From assembly GCA_964583985.1 (NCBI GenBank), contig CAZOYD010000015.1, positions 1-64,000 on the forward strand: a stretch of 64,000 nt of DNA, in the 5' to 3' direction. A model generated the notes under the pieces. It had not been told where the DNA came from. It did no database searches and saw only the letters and a list, made by a program, of their open reading frames with translations. How positions within the stretch are numbered: position 1 is the first letter of the stretch; each line of letters starts with the position of its first letter. This document shows, one piece after another, positions 28,299-37,947 of the stretch. A program made the position numbers and the translations under genes. Source of the DNA: an uncultured archaeon (GTDB lineage Archaea > Asgardarchaeota > Lokiarchaeia > Sigyniarchaeales > SOKP01).

Positions 28299-29198
28299 AT
28301 GATAGACAAAACATTAATAGTCGATATTAAAAGAAACGCATTAGATGATGGTCCAGGTATAAGAACCTTAATATTTTTTAAAGGATGCCCTCTTTCTTGT
28401 GTTTGGTGCCAAAATCCGGAGACAAAATCTCCTTCTTTGGAATTATCGTTTGATAAACAGATGTGTTCTGAATGTGGGAGTTGTATAGCTTCCTGTACCC
28501 AAGACGCTATTGATTTTGAGTATAAATTTCGCATTGATCGAAGTAAGTGTAATTTATGCGGTAGTTGCGTTGATAATTGCCCAAATTCCGCTTTAGAATT
28601 AGTAGGTAAATCATATTCAATTGAAGAATTAATGGAAATTATTTTGAAAGATAAAGTGTTTTATGATAACTCTAAAGGAGGGGTAACTCTCTCAGGTGGT
28701 GAACCTTTATATCATATATATTATGTTTATAATTTATTAAAGGAATTAAGGAAAGCTAATATTCATAGTTGCATTGAAACAGCAGGGCTCTATAATCGGG
28801 AAAAATTTGAGGAATATATTAAACCCCATGTTGATCTCATATATTTTGATTTGAAAATATTTAATCCCAAACTTCATTCCTATTATTGCAATGTTACAAA
28901 TGAACGAATTTTAGAAAATTTTGAAAATCTTATAAAGCAAGATGTGATAGAAATCTTGCCAAGAATACCATTAATTCCATCTATAACAGATAGAAAAGAG
29001 AACTTGCGTGCATTAGCAGATTATCTAAGCTCATTAAACGTCAAAGAAATAGGATTATTACCTTACAATCCCCTTTGGCTTTCTAAATCTGAAAAAATCG
29101 GGATTGAACAAAGTTATAATCATTCTGAATGGTTAAGTAAAGAAAAAAAAGAAGAAATTAAAGAGATATTTTCAGACTTTAAGTTTAAAGATTTTTAA
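28299..29198 (+). CDS. Glycyl-radical activating enzyme with ferredoxin insert
   Basis: DDGPGIRT.IFFKGCPLSCVWCQNPE, two CxxCxxCxxxC motifs and GGVTLSGGEP. Confidence 0.95.
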   Translation: MIDKTLIVDIKRNALDDGPGIRTLIFFKGCPLSCVWCQNPETKSPSLELSFDKQMCSECGSCIASCTQDAIDFEYKFRIDRSKCNLCGSCVDNCPNSALELVGKSYSIEELMEIILKDKVFYDNSKGGVTLSGGEPLYHIYYVYNLLKELRKANIHSCIETAGLYNREKFEEYIKPHVDLIYFDLKIFNPKLHSYYCNVTNERILENFENLIKQDVIEILPRIPLIPSITDRKENLRALADYLSSLNVKEIGLLPYNPLWLSKSEKIGIEQSYNHSEWLSKEKKEEIKEIFSDFKFKDF

Positions 29199-30988
29199 AC
29201 TGGTTTACCTTGTGCATCCCATCCTCTAATTTGATAGTATTTTTCTAGTAATCCTTCTAATGGAGGAATATTACCTTTAGATCCACCCTTTTCAAGCGGA
29301 GTATAAAATCTCTTCCCAAAATTATCATCTGCTTTGGTTATTCCACACTTAACATTAAAAATTCTTTTCATTTTAACGATTTCTCGACCTGCTTTCATAA
29401 AATCATCAACTGTATAAGACCTACCAGTGATTCCATTGAGACCGTTGATCCAAGGTGTGAGTTTGTGAATGAACCAAAATCCAAATATACAACCTCCAGC
29501 TGCGGAATACGCTTCGCTACCATCTTGAATTTTTACTACGGCTTCAGCAACATCATCCCCTGTGCCAAACTTATCTACTCTTTCAGTTAAACCAATTTCT
29601 TCTTTTTGATTCATGTAGGAGGATAAATGCATCGGTTCATAACAATGATATCCGCCTCGAGGGGTTGTAGCATAATCTAATGCCGTGAGATTATTAGCTC
29701 GTGGTTCATGAGCTGGAATCTCAAGCCCTTTTCCATGCATTGAAAGTTCATCTGGTAATCCCTTTAACTCACAAAAAGATCTTACTCCTTCAGCTAAATC
29801 GTTACCAATTCCTTCTCTATAAGCAATTTTGGTGAAAAGCTTTTCAATTGATTCAATATTGCCCCAAACATTTTCTTCAGTAAAATTAAAACCATCTAAG
29901 TTATCACTAATTAATTTTCTTTCAATTGATTCAAGAAAACATCCTACAGCAGCCCCAAGGCTAATTGAATCTAGTCCAAGATCATTAACAATTAAATTCC
30001 ATTTGATAATTGTTTCTAAATCATCAACCATTAAATTAGATCCTAGCATTCCAAGAGTTTCATATTCTGGACGAGTTACCCATTTTCCTTGATACTCTAA
30101 GAAACCCCGGCAAGCTGTTGGGCAATTAAAACAACCATGCATTTTTACTACTCCTCTAGCCTGCATTGCTTTTGCTCCAAGTTTTTTAATCCCTATCCAC
30201 CGTCCTTCTGTATAATTCTTGATAATTACATCTCCTACACTATACATAGAATCAATATGAACAGGTGTCCCCGAATCAGCCATAACCATTCCTAATGCTG
30301 ATTTTTTTAATAATTCTCTAAGTTCTTTAGCAGCATCATTTACTTTATCTTTATCTTGAATAGGAACTTTGTTAGTACCAAGAACCGCAATAGCTTTTAA
30401 GTTCTTACTACCCATTACAGCACCCATTCCACATCTTCCAGCAGCATGGTGCTTATCATTGATTATACATGCGTATTTTACTAAGTTTTCTCCCGCAGGA
30501 CCAATCGTGGCCACTTTAATTTTATCATTTCCAAGCAGCTCTTTTAATTTTTCATCAGTTTCTTGCGTTCCTTTACCCCATAATTCGGATGCATCCTTTA
30601 ATTCTGCAATTCCATCATTTATCCATAGATAAACTGGAGTCTTGCTTTTACCCTTAATGATGACTAGATCATAACCTGCAGTTTTTAACTCCTTACCAAA
30701 AAAACCTCCTGAAGATGCTTCCCCAAGAATTCTAGTTAGCGGCGATTTTGCTGTAATGAAGTATCTACCACAAAAAGGAATAGCCGTGCCGCAAAATGGT
30801 CCAACTGAGAAAATTAAATGATTCTTTCCATCTAATGGATCAACCTCTGGAGAAACTTCTTTTGTGAAAATTGCAGTTGCTAAGCCCATTCCTCCAATTA
30901 GCTCAACTTCCTCTTTACTTTTATAATCTTCATATTCTATCTTATTTGAATCTAAATCTACTCTAAGTATTTTAGCGATCTCAATCAC
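29195..30988 (-). CDS. aor: Aldehyde:ferredoxin oxidoreductase (W-pterin family)
   Basis: AKSPLT, IGPAGENLV, AAGRCGMGAVMGSKNLKA, CFNCPTAC, EYET, DLGLDSIS and YYQIRGWD motifs. Confidence 0.93.
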   Translation of the reverse strand: MIEIAKILRVDLDSNKIEYEDYKSKEEVELIGGMGLATAIFTKEVSPEVDPLDGKNHLIFSVGPFCGTAIPFCGRYFITAKSPLTRILGEASSGGFFGKELKTAGYDLVIIKGKSKTPVYLWINDGIAELKDASELWGKGTQETDEKLKELLGNDKIKVATIGPAGENLVKYACIINDKHHAAGRCGMGAVMGSKNLKAIAVLGTNKVPIQDKDKVNDAAKELRELLKKSALGMVMADSGTPVHIDSMYSVGDVIIKNYTEGRWIGIKKLGAKAMQARGVVKMHGCFNCPTACRGFLEYQGKWVTRPEYETLGMLGSNLMVDDLETIIKWNLIVNDLGLDSISLGAAVGCFLESIERKLISDNLDGFNFTEENVWGNIESIEKLFTKIAYREGIGNDLAEGVRSFCELKGLPDELSMHGKGLEIPAHEPRANNLTALDYATTPRGGYHCYEPMHLSSYMNQKEEIGLTERVDKFGTGDDVAEAVVKIQDGSEAYSAAGGCIFGFWFIHKLTPWINGLNGITGRSYTVDDFMKAGREIVKMKRIFNVKCGITKADDNFGKRFYTPLEKGGSKGNIPPLEGLLEKYYQIRGWDAQGKPV

Positions 30989-31127
30989 CTTTATTTATTC
31001 TATTATGTAATATTCCCTCATTGTATTATTTATAATTTGTCAATTTGCTAGAAAAATCAAATCTTGACAATGATTAAATTTACACTTCTCCTTTGAAATT
31101 ACTCGCATTTTAGATAAAATAAAAAAA

Positions 31128-32348
31128 TTATCGATTTCTTGGGACAATAATTTCAAGATTAGACATGGGATATGATGAACAAGGATGAAAGTAATTACGT
31201 AATTTATCCGCAATTCTTCTTTTATCATCAAAAGGATTCACGAATATTTCACCAGATATTAATGCAGAACGACAGAATCCACAGGAACCTGATCTACACC
31301 TGGAGGGTGGTGCTAATTTTGCTCTCTCTAATGCTGTTAAAACCGATTCAGTTGCTAATGCAGGAATTTCAGTTAATAAAGATCCCATCTCTACTTTTAT
31401 TGAAAAGGTTTTTCCAATGCATTCTTTAGGATAATTTGGAATAGATAATGGGTTTCTTATTTCTCCAAAAACTTCCTTACGTATTCTTTTATATGGCAGA
31501 TTAAATTTTGCTAATTCATTCTCAACGAATTCATACATGATTTGAGGACCGCAAATAAAAAATGAACATTTATTTATATCCACGTGTTTCTGTATTATTT
31601 CAGCATTAATGAATCCTTCTTCACACCCTTCTAAGTGAACTTCCTCACAGCTTAGTACATGAATGATTTTTATTTGATTGGGGAAATTCTTTTCAAACTT
31701 TCTGAATTCATCATAAAAGATGATGTCATCCTCTTCACTACTTCCATAAAATACTGTTAGTTTAGCATTAATTGTTCCATTTATTATGGATTTTGCGATT
31801 GATCTGAATGGGGTAATGCCTGAACCCCCTGCTATTCCTACTATGTGATTTAAATCCCTTAGTGGTTCAAAATAAAAATTACCTTCGGGACCAGAACTTT
31901 CTATTTTAGAACCAATTTTCCAATTATCCCATATATATTGAGTTAAAAATCCATCCTCTGCTTTCTTAATTGTAATTTCATAAAAACCATAAAGACTATC
32001 TAATGGAGATGAGGAAATTGAATAGGGACGTGTTATTACTGTTCCATTTATTTGTACTTTTAGACTCAGGTATTGTCCTGCTCTAAAATAAGCTGTTTTC
32101 TTTTCATCAGATTCTGAAATAAGACGGATTGTTTTTGTTGACTTCGTTTCTTCTCTTATCTCACTTATGACTAATGTTTGCTTTTCAGGATGTAATTTTC
32201 TGGACAGATTCTTGATTGGATCATTCTTTGGGAGGTTCGAAGCTTTTTGTATCAATTTGCTCCTTTTAGAGATCAGATTTTTAAATGCAAGCAAATCTCT
32301 AATATTACCTTTTACGCTGAGATCAAACTTTTTATTATGGTTCTTCAT
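31128..32348 (-). CDS. FNR-type oxidoreductase with [2Fe-2S] domain, copy 2
   Basis: FRAGQY, RPYSISSSP, IAGGSGITPF and CRSGSCGFC motifs; paralog of 22330-23562. Confidence 0.9.
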   Translation of the reverse strand: MKNHNKKFDLSVKGNIRDLLAFKNLISKRSKLIQKASNLPKNDPIKNLSRKLHPEKQTLVISEIREETKSTKTIRLISESDEKKTAYFRAGQYLSLKVQINGTVITRPYSISSSPLDSLYGFYEITIKKAEDGFLTQYIWDNWKIGSKIESSGPEGNFYFEPLRDLNHIVGIAGGSGITPFRSIAKSIINGTINAKLTVFYGSSEEDDIIFYDEFRKFEKNFPNQIKIIHVLSCEEVHLEGCEEGFINAEIIQKHVDINKCSFFICGPQIMYEFVENELAKFNLPYKRIRKEVFGEIRNPLSIPNYPKECIGKTFSIKVEMGSLLTEIPALATESVLTALERAKLAPPSRCRSGSCGFCRSALISGEIFVNPFDDKRRIADKLRNYFHPCSSYPMSNLEIIVPRNR

Positions 32349-33898
32349 TATTCTCCCTCCCTAATTTTTTGTAAAGTTAAAAATGCTGATATCTGTCCAG
32401 AAATTAAAGAATTAGTATAACTTACTCCTTGTGAAGAATATCCTCCACATATCTCTAAACCCTCAATATATTTCTCATCATTCATTGCCATTAATCGTGG
32501 AATAAACGAATCCCAAGGATCACTTTCATATCCATACGCAGAACCTTGAAATGCACTTGTATATCGTGAAAGGGTTTGGGGAGTAGCAATCTCAATTTCT
32601 TCAATGTGATCTTTAATTGATATATTAAGTGCTTTCTCAAATGATATAATTAAATCATTCGCAATTTTAGATTTTATATTGAAATAATCCTCTGATTTCA
32701 CGTTATCCCATACACCTGGTAAGAAAAAGGTTGTTATCATCAACATTGAAGTATTTGGAGGACTACAATCATTTATAATGTTATTTAAACAAGTTGTTGC
32801 TTGTACCATGGGTGAATTTAATGTTTTAAATGATTCATATATTTTTTCTGTATTCATTGAATTAAAAATGTGATAACTGTAATTTTTTATTCCTAATTGT
32901 TCAGCAGAAGCATTTAAACCTAAATAGACCGAAAAACAACTAATTGCGTGTTTTCGGGCATTAACAAATTTATAAGCGATCTCTGGAACCTCTTCCTTTG
33001 GAAAAATTAAATTGTTATATAATATAGTGGGAGAGGCGTTTGAAATAACATTATCCGTTTGGATTTTATCTCCTTTAGAGGTTTGAACTCCAATAATCTT
33101 ACCATCTTTGACTAAAATCTTTTCCACCCTCGTATTATATTCAACTTTTCCCCCGTTTTCTCGAATTTTAGATTCTAAAGCCGTTGAAAAATCGTGTGTT
33201 CTGTATTTCGGGAAATATGCTTTCCGAGTGAGGAAGTAGTAATGCATAGCTGAATAAAAGGTGAAATTAACCCTATTCGTCGGGATTCCAATATAGATCC
33301 AATATGCATCTAAAATTTCTTGTGCTTGTTGAGGGATTTTTAAAGCATTATTAACTTCATCTAAACTATATGGAACTGATTTTAAAAAACTCTTATACTT
33401 TTTTAAAAGCACGTCCTTCTCTGGATTACCTTTTGATTCTGTAAGATAGGTAATGGCTTCATTGATTTCCTCTGATAAAGTTAGATAATTCAAGAGGGAG
33501 TCTTTACTACCAGGAACGGCATTATCTATTGCTGCTACAAAATCCTCAAGACCAAAAGGGACTACAATATTAATCGGATCGTTTATATCAGTACATATTA
33601 ATCTAAACGCCTCAGGTATTTCTACAAATTCGACTTGCAAACCTAAATCATCCTCGAATAATCTTCTAATCGACCCTTTATTATCGTGAGGACCATAGTC
33701 ACATAATTCATGAAGAGTACCTTCAAATTCGAATCTGCCCCTTACGAAACTAGTGGCAAACCCCCCTGGTAAATTATGTTGTTCGAAAAGAATTACCTTT
33801 ACTCCTTCTAAAGCAAGTTGAGCCGCAGCTGTCAAACCACCATTTCCGGCTCCGATTATAACTACTTCATAAAATTCATTAAATTTCTGATCACTCAT
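32348..33898 (-). CDS. Phytoene-desaturase/RetSat-like FAD-dependent oxidoreductase, copy 2
   Basis: VVIIGAGNGG, EQHNLPGGFATSFVRGRFEFE, EIEIATP; paralog of 23559-25127; 1-nt stop/start overlap with the reductase gene. Confidence 0.85.
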   Translation of the reverse strand: MSDQKFNEFYEVVIIGAGNGGLTAAAQLALEGVKVILFEQHNLPGGFATSFVRGRFEFEGTLHELCDYGPHDNKGSIRRLFEDDLGLQVEFVEIPEAFRLICTDINDPINIVVPFGLEDFVAAIDNAVPGSKDSLLNYLTLSEEINEAITYLTESKGNPEKDVLLKKYKSFLKSVPYSLDEVNNALKIPQQAQEILDAYWIYIGIPTNRVNFTFYSAMHYYFLTRKAYFPKYRTHDFSTALESKIRENGGKVEYNTRVEKILVKDGKIIGVQTSKGDKIQTDNVISNASPTILYNNLIFPKEEVPEIAYKFVNARKHAISCFSVYLGLNASAEQLGIKNYSYHIFNSMNTEKIYESFKTLNSPMVQATTCLNNIINDCSPPNTSMLMITTFFLPGVWDNVKSEDYFNIKSKIANDLIISFEKALNISIKDHIEEIEIATPQTLSRYTSAFQGSAYGYESDPWDSFIPRLMAMNDEKYIEGLEICGGYSSQGVSYTNSLISGQISAFLTLQKIREGE

Positions 33899-34081
33899 GT
33901 TTTAACTTCCAATAATTATCCTTATACCTTAATATTAAATTTGATATCAAGTTCTAATGAATATATGGATTCCTTATTCTATATATATCTAGTTAAATTA
34001 TCATGAGGATTGAATGAATAATTAAATGCTTAAAATGAATTCTATTCATTTTGGTTAGAATTTAATAGAAAAGAAAAAAAA

Positions 34082-34798
34082 TTAAGGATTTTTTACAAAT
34101 AGTTTTTCAATAAATTTCGGTAACATCAATCCAATGTAGAACTCCAGAGTACTTGTAAATAAAATAATTCGAGCAATAACGTAGACTAAAGTCATTGGAA
34201 TAGCGAAGTCCAATACCGTGCCAATTGTGAATGATAAAAACGCAATAAGAAGGAATTTTCCTTTTAAACTTATCACTCGGTCTTGCTCTTTTATAGAGCT
34301 TATTGAAAATGAGATTCCCACATATAAAAAGAATACAAGACTCACTATAAAATAAATCTGACTTGGTACCGACCAATTTATCATGAATGGTGATGTTCCA
34401 GTTTCCGCGATCATTGAAATATCAGTAAATACGAAAACCAAGAAAAATATCTCATAAAATATGTTGATTGAGAGGTTCAAGATAAGGATTATATTTTTTG
34501 TTCTTTTTTTCTTAGGTAAGACTTTTAAAAATGCAATAAGACCTAATACGATTGTTATAGGTAAAAAGGCTATGCCAAATACTATAAACGCTTCAATACT
34601 CACAGGTGCCGATGTGACTAAAGTTATTATAAAAATTATTATAGTTGGCCACCAAGGAGTCGTGAGACCAATCCAGAATAATCCAAAGAGAAGGAACTGG
34701 CTTTTTCTAAGTTTAAAGTATTTTGAAATAATAATCAGTCCTGTTATAATTGAGATTATTACAAATATCAAGGTAAAAACACCATGAATCATATCCAA
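34082..34798 (-). CDS. Multi-pass (about 7 TM) membrane protein of unknown function
   Basis: 238 aa with about seven hydrophobic segments. Confidence 0.7.
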   Translation of the reverse strand: MDMIHGVFTLIFVIISIITGLIIISKYFKLRKSQFLLFGLFWIGLTTPWWPTIIIFIITLVTSAPVSIEAFIVFGIAFLPITIVLGLIAFLKVLPKKKRTKNIILILNLSINIFYEIFFLVFVFTDISMIAETGTSPFMINWSVPSQIYFIVSLVFFLYVGISFSISSIKEQDRVISLKGKFLLIAFLSFTIGTVLDFAIPMTLVYVIARIILFTSTLEFYIGLMLPKFIEKLFVKNP

Positions 34799-34844
34799 TA
34801 ATTCGATTGCTATTTTAGATCACCTTATGATTAATTATAAAAAA

Positions 34845-35129
34845 TTATAGGAATAACTTGAAAAAAAGCTTTTCGCATACATTTTTAGAAAATATTATGG
34901 AGTGTTCTTCTCTTGGGAATATCATCCTAATACTTCTTTTTAAACTCATTATTAATTCTGAAATTAATAATTCTGTATTTATTGTTGGTATTATCATTTC
35001 TATTATCAACAGAGTAATTGCAATTGCCATTACAGCATCACTAAAAGAAACTAATCTTTCTAAATCCCCTCTCGATTAATTAGAGATGATTTGATTATTA
35101 TTATTATCTAATATTTTATTTTCTTCCAT
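34845..35129 (-). pseudogene. Truncated TMEM175 (DUF1211) K+ channel remnant
   Basis: ATG at 35129 gives MEENKILDNNNNQIISN, an in-frame TAA (35076-35078), then SRGDLERLVSFSDAVMAIAITLLIIEM, matching the TMEM175 RxxxFSD-AIAITLL signature. Similarity is lost after the first helix. Confidence 0.75.
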
Positions 35130-35292
35130 TAAATATTCCTTAATATCTAATTTATCCTGTTAATTGCCTTTTGTTTAAATAATTTTTCAATCTTTTTATT
35201 AAACAGTCAGATAATTTCGAAGAATAAATATGTATAAGATGTTATGTTTTTTCAGTTCATCCAAACAAAAGGGAATAAAAAACTTAATTTAA

Positions 35293-35802
35293 TTACTTAA
35301 TTAGGGATTTTCCAAATGCTTTTGCGTTTTCAAAATCTTGTGCATTCGGTCGACCTTTGGTTTTTTCTAGATATTCTTCTTGCTTTTTTCTTTCTTCAAG
35401 AGGTAATTTTTCTAGCATTTTTAACGTTGTTTCCTTCGGAATGCCCAGGTTTTCACCTACACAATCAAATTCACCTATTACTTTCGAGTTATTTTCTTCA
35501 ATTGTTTGGAAAATTCTATTAAAAGCTTTTTGATATGCAGTAGGACTCTGATGGGTATTGAAAAAAGCGAATTTTGGAGGATATTCTACAACTTTATTCA
35601 TGAAAACCGTTACTTTTTTATGTAATTTTCCAGCATATATGCCTGACCCTAATACAACGAGATCATAATTCTTTAAGATTGAAGGATCTGTGTCCTCTAT
35701 TTTAAAAAGATCCACGTCTTCGCCTTCTAATCCTTTAGCAATACTTTGAGCTATTTTTTCTGTATTTCCTGTATTAGAGAAATAACACACCATTATTTTC
35801 AC
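35293..35802 (-). CDS. Flavodoxin-family protein
   Basis: GTG start after GAGGGA; YFSNTGNTEKIA, LVVLGSGIY and GRPNAQDFENA motifs. Confidence 0.88.
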   Translation of the reverse strand: MKIMVCYFSNTGNTEKIAQSIAKGLEGEDVDLFKIEDTDPSILKNYDLVVLGSGIYAGKLHKKVTVFMNKVVEYPPKFAFFNTHQSPTAYQKAFNRIFQTIEENNSKVIGEFDCVGENLGIPKETTLKMLEKLPLEERKKQEEYLEKTKGRPNAQDFENAKAFGKSLIK

Positions 35803-35818
35803 TATACTATCCCTCTTA

Positions 35819-36904
35819 CTATACTTTATTGACTTTAATCTTATAATGCTTATAATAAAGACGTTATCTTTTAATAGGTATTGCCTCAAATACCTCTTTT
35901 ACTTTATCTGGAGGAAAAACATCAAGACTACCATCCTCATTTTGAATCACGCAACCAGAATTAACCAAAATCTTGAAACGTTGCGCAGTTTCCTTAGGAT
36001 TGCCTGCACAGACAAATTGGCAATTACCACAAGTGAGTTGGATAGTACCCGTTCCACCAAAAGATGCTGGTTGATATCCACTTGAACTATCTTTAATAGG
36101 AGGTCTTTTCTTTTGACTTGTCATTGCGAGAGACTTTAGTCGCAATACTTCTATATCGTTTTCGGGATAACCATAACGTCCTGGAGACCAACTAGAAAAT
36201 TTACCCGAGGGGTGTAATCCATTCGATCCACCACATGTGAGAAAACAACGCATTTTATTGATCCGTTTAGAATAACTAAATGTATATCCACCTATTTTTA
36301 TAGTAGTTTTTTCTGTAGGCGAGAACATTTGATAAGCACATACTTTTGTACAGATCTTACACTCATCACAAAATGTCTCTGATTCTGGAATCGGTTCTGT
36401 TGATTCAAGTTTTGCATCAGTAACAATGCCTCCTAAAATAATAGCGGTCCCATGCTCCCTTGTGCCAACATTTCCTGACCAACCAAATGATGCGATTCCA
36501 GTTCGAACCGCAAGATATCTTAAAGAAAGCTCGGGTGGTAAAGTGACTTGCCATCCCGGGATATCTGTTCTATATTGATTATTGGGAAAAACGGATATAG
36601 CTTTATAACCTTGTTCAACTAACTAATGCTTCACATGTTGAGATGCTTTCCATATAATTTTGTGGATGTTGATATTCTCTTCTTCATGAATCCCACGAAC
36701 GCTTGGATCTTCTTTTCCTAAATATTTCAAAATCATCTCTTTATCAAATGGTACATAAAAACTTATTGCTGATTGAGCTTCGGGAAGGAGATAGGTAATA
36801 TCAGCTCCTTTAGGTCCGCCTGACATCGTTTCAAGCGTTGCAAACCCAACCTTTTTTGCTCCAGTTTCGAGCAACATTTCCTTTATTTGGTTTTCTAAAG
36901 AAAT
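35819..36904 (-). pseudogene. Disrupted epoxyqueuosine reductase (QueG)-like Fe-S protein
   Basis: ORFs 36623-36877 and 35864-36328 are one reading frame split by a TAG at 36623-36625. The intervening frame reads LVEQGYKA..LSLRYLAVRTGIASFGWSGN..FCDECKICTKVC, with a later CGNCQFVC. The apparent start is ATT (36904), and a second stop at 35864-35866 precedes a protein-like tail. Confidence 0.8.
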
Positions 36905-37043
36905 ATTAATTCCCTTTTACTCTTGATTACTTTACTAATATATTAAAATATTCAAGATCTATAAAAACTTTACATCACAGTAAAGAATTGAACTAAGAAG
37001 AACATTTGATATCTCAAGATATAAATTCATTCACAATTTTGAT

Positions 37044-37928
37044 TTATTTCATCGCAGGCGAAGCATAACAGTAATCACAATTATGTTTACAACGAAAAAT
37101 ACCCGTGTAACCTCCAATATCTTTTGATTTGAAGCACCCACAATCCTTACGTTGACCCGAATCTCTAACTTTTAAGATCTCTTCACCAATAATTGTTTCA
37201 ATTTTAAATGCATCTATGCAATGAGCTTGTCCTATTCCTTCGATTTCCAATAAATCTGGCTGACAACAAGCCTTCATCTTAATATTGTTTTTAATACAGA
37301 TTTCTAATAAACTTCTAAGAATCATTTTTTTCTTTTCTAAGTTTAAATCGATGGGGATATAACCTCTCGCGAACATTCGATTTTTAACTTTAGAATACAT
37401 GGTTGCAAAAGAAAAGGTTATCTCATCTAATCCCATTGAAGAAACATTCTCAATGATATAGCTGAACTTGTCTATATTATTAAAAATTCGATTATTTCCC
37501 TTCTTCTTGTAAAATACAATTGGATCAAACCTATAATTTACGGATGCCTCCCCAAATTCGTTAATTAACCATTCTAACTGAGTGAATCTTTCCTCAAGAG
37601 AAATTTTTACATTACTTTCTAATTCTGAAGGGGAATTGATGGTAAATTGAAATACATGTCCTTTATATGAATGAAATACATCAGGATTGAGTTCATAATA
37701 CTCGATCCAACTATGAAAATTTTTACTCCACCAAACCCAACATTTCACATCTTCGGGATTTAAAGATACTCGAGACACTTGTTTTCGGTTAAAGGGATTC
37801 TTTACATCAACAAATCCTTCTTTTATTCTTTCAAGAACCCATTTCATTAAAAATGCAGGAATATCTGTTCTACGAGAACAAGAGATGATTTGGGTCCTAA
37901 TTTCCTTTAATGCTATATTTTTTTCCAT
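37044..37928 (-). CDS. DUF1848 family protein (radical-SAM-like, C-terminal Cys motif)
   Basis: IISCSRRTDIPAF, NPFN, WSKN, RFDPI, QRKDCGC..SKDIGGY..CKHNCDYCYA. Confidence 0.9.
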   Translation of the reverse strand: MEKNIALKEIRTQIISCSRRTDIPAFLMKWVLERIKEGFVDVKNPFNRKQVSRVSLNPEDVKCWVWWSKNFHSWIEYYELNPDVFHSYKGHVFQFTINSPSELESNVKISLEERFTQLEWLINEFGEASVNYRFDPIVFYKKKGNNRIFNNIDKFSYIIENVSSMGLDEITFSFATMYSKVKNRMFARGYIPIDLNLEKKKMILRSLLEICIKNNIKMKACCQPDLLEIEGIGQAHCIDAFKIETIIGEEILKVRDSGQRKDCGCFKSKDIGGYTGIFRCKHNCDYCYASPAMK

Positions 37929-37947
37929 TATCCGAAATCTCTCTCTA

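Noticed and set aside
22330-33898. Composite transposon formed by the two flanking cassettes
   Set aside because: The flanks are diverged metabolic paralogs, with no transposase or terminal inverted repeats.
34032-34052. Inverted repeat AAAATGAAT-tct-ATTCATTTT upstream of CrtI-like copy 2
   Set aside because: It is almost entirely A/T, and I found no matching site upstream of copy 1 or the GRE; plausible by chance.
34858-35079. 73-aa + strand ORF
   Set aside because: It is the antisense shadow of the TMEM175 remnant.
35803-35889. N-terminal extension of the flavodoxin in the ORF track
   Set aside because: It overlaps the upstream pseudogene tail; the GTG at 35802 with a GAGGGA ribosome-binding site fits the family start.
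36623-36625. Pyrrolysine read-through of the in-frame TAG
   Set aside because: The same gene also has an apparently mutated start and a probable second premature TAA, and the context suits TGG>TAG. Pseudogenisation is the simpler explanation.
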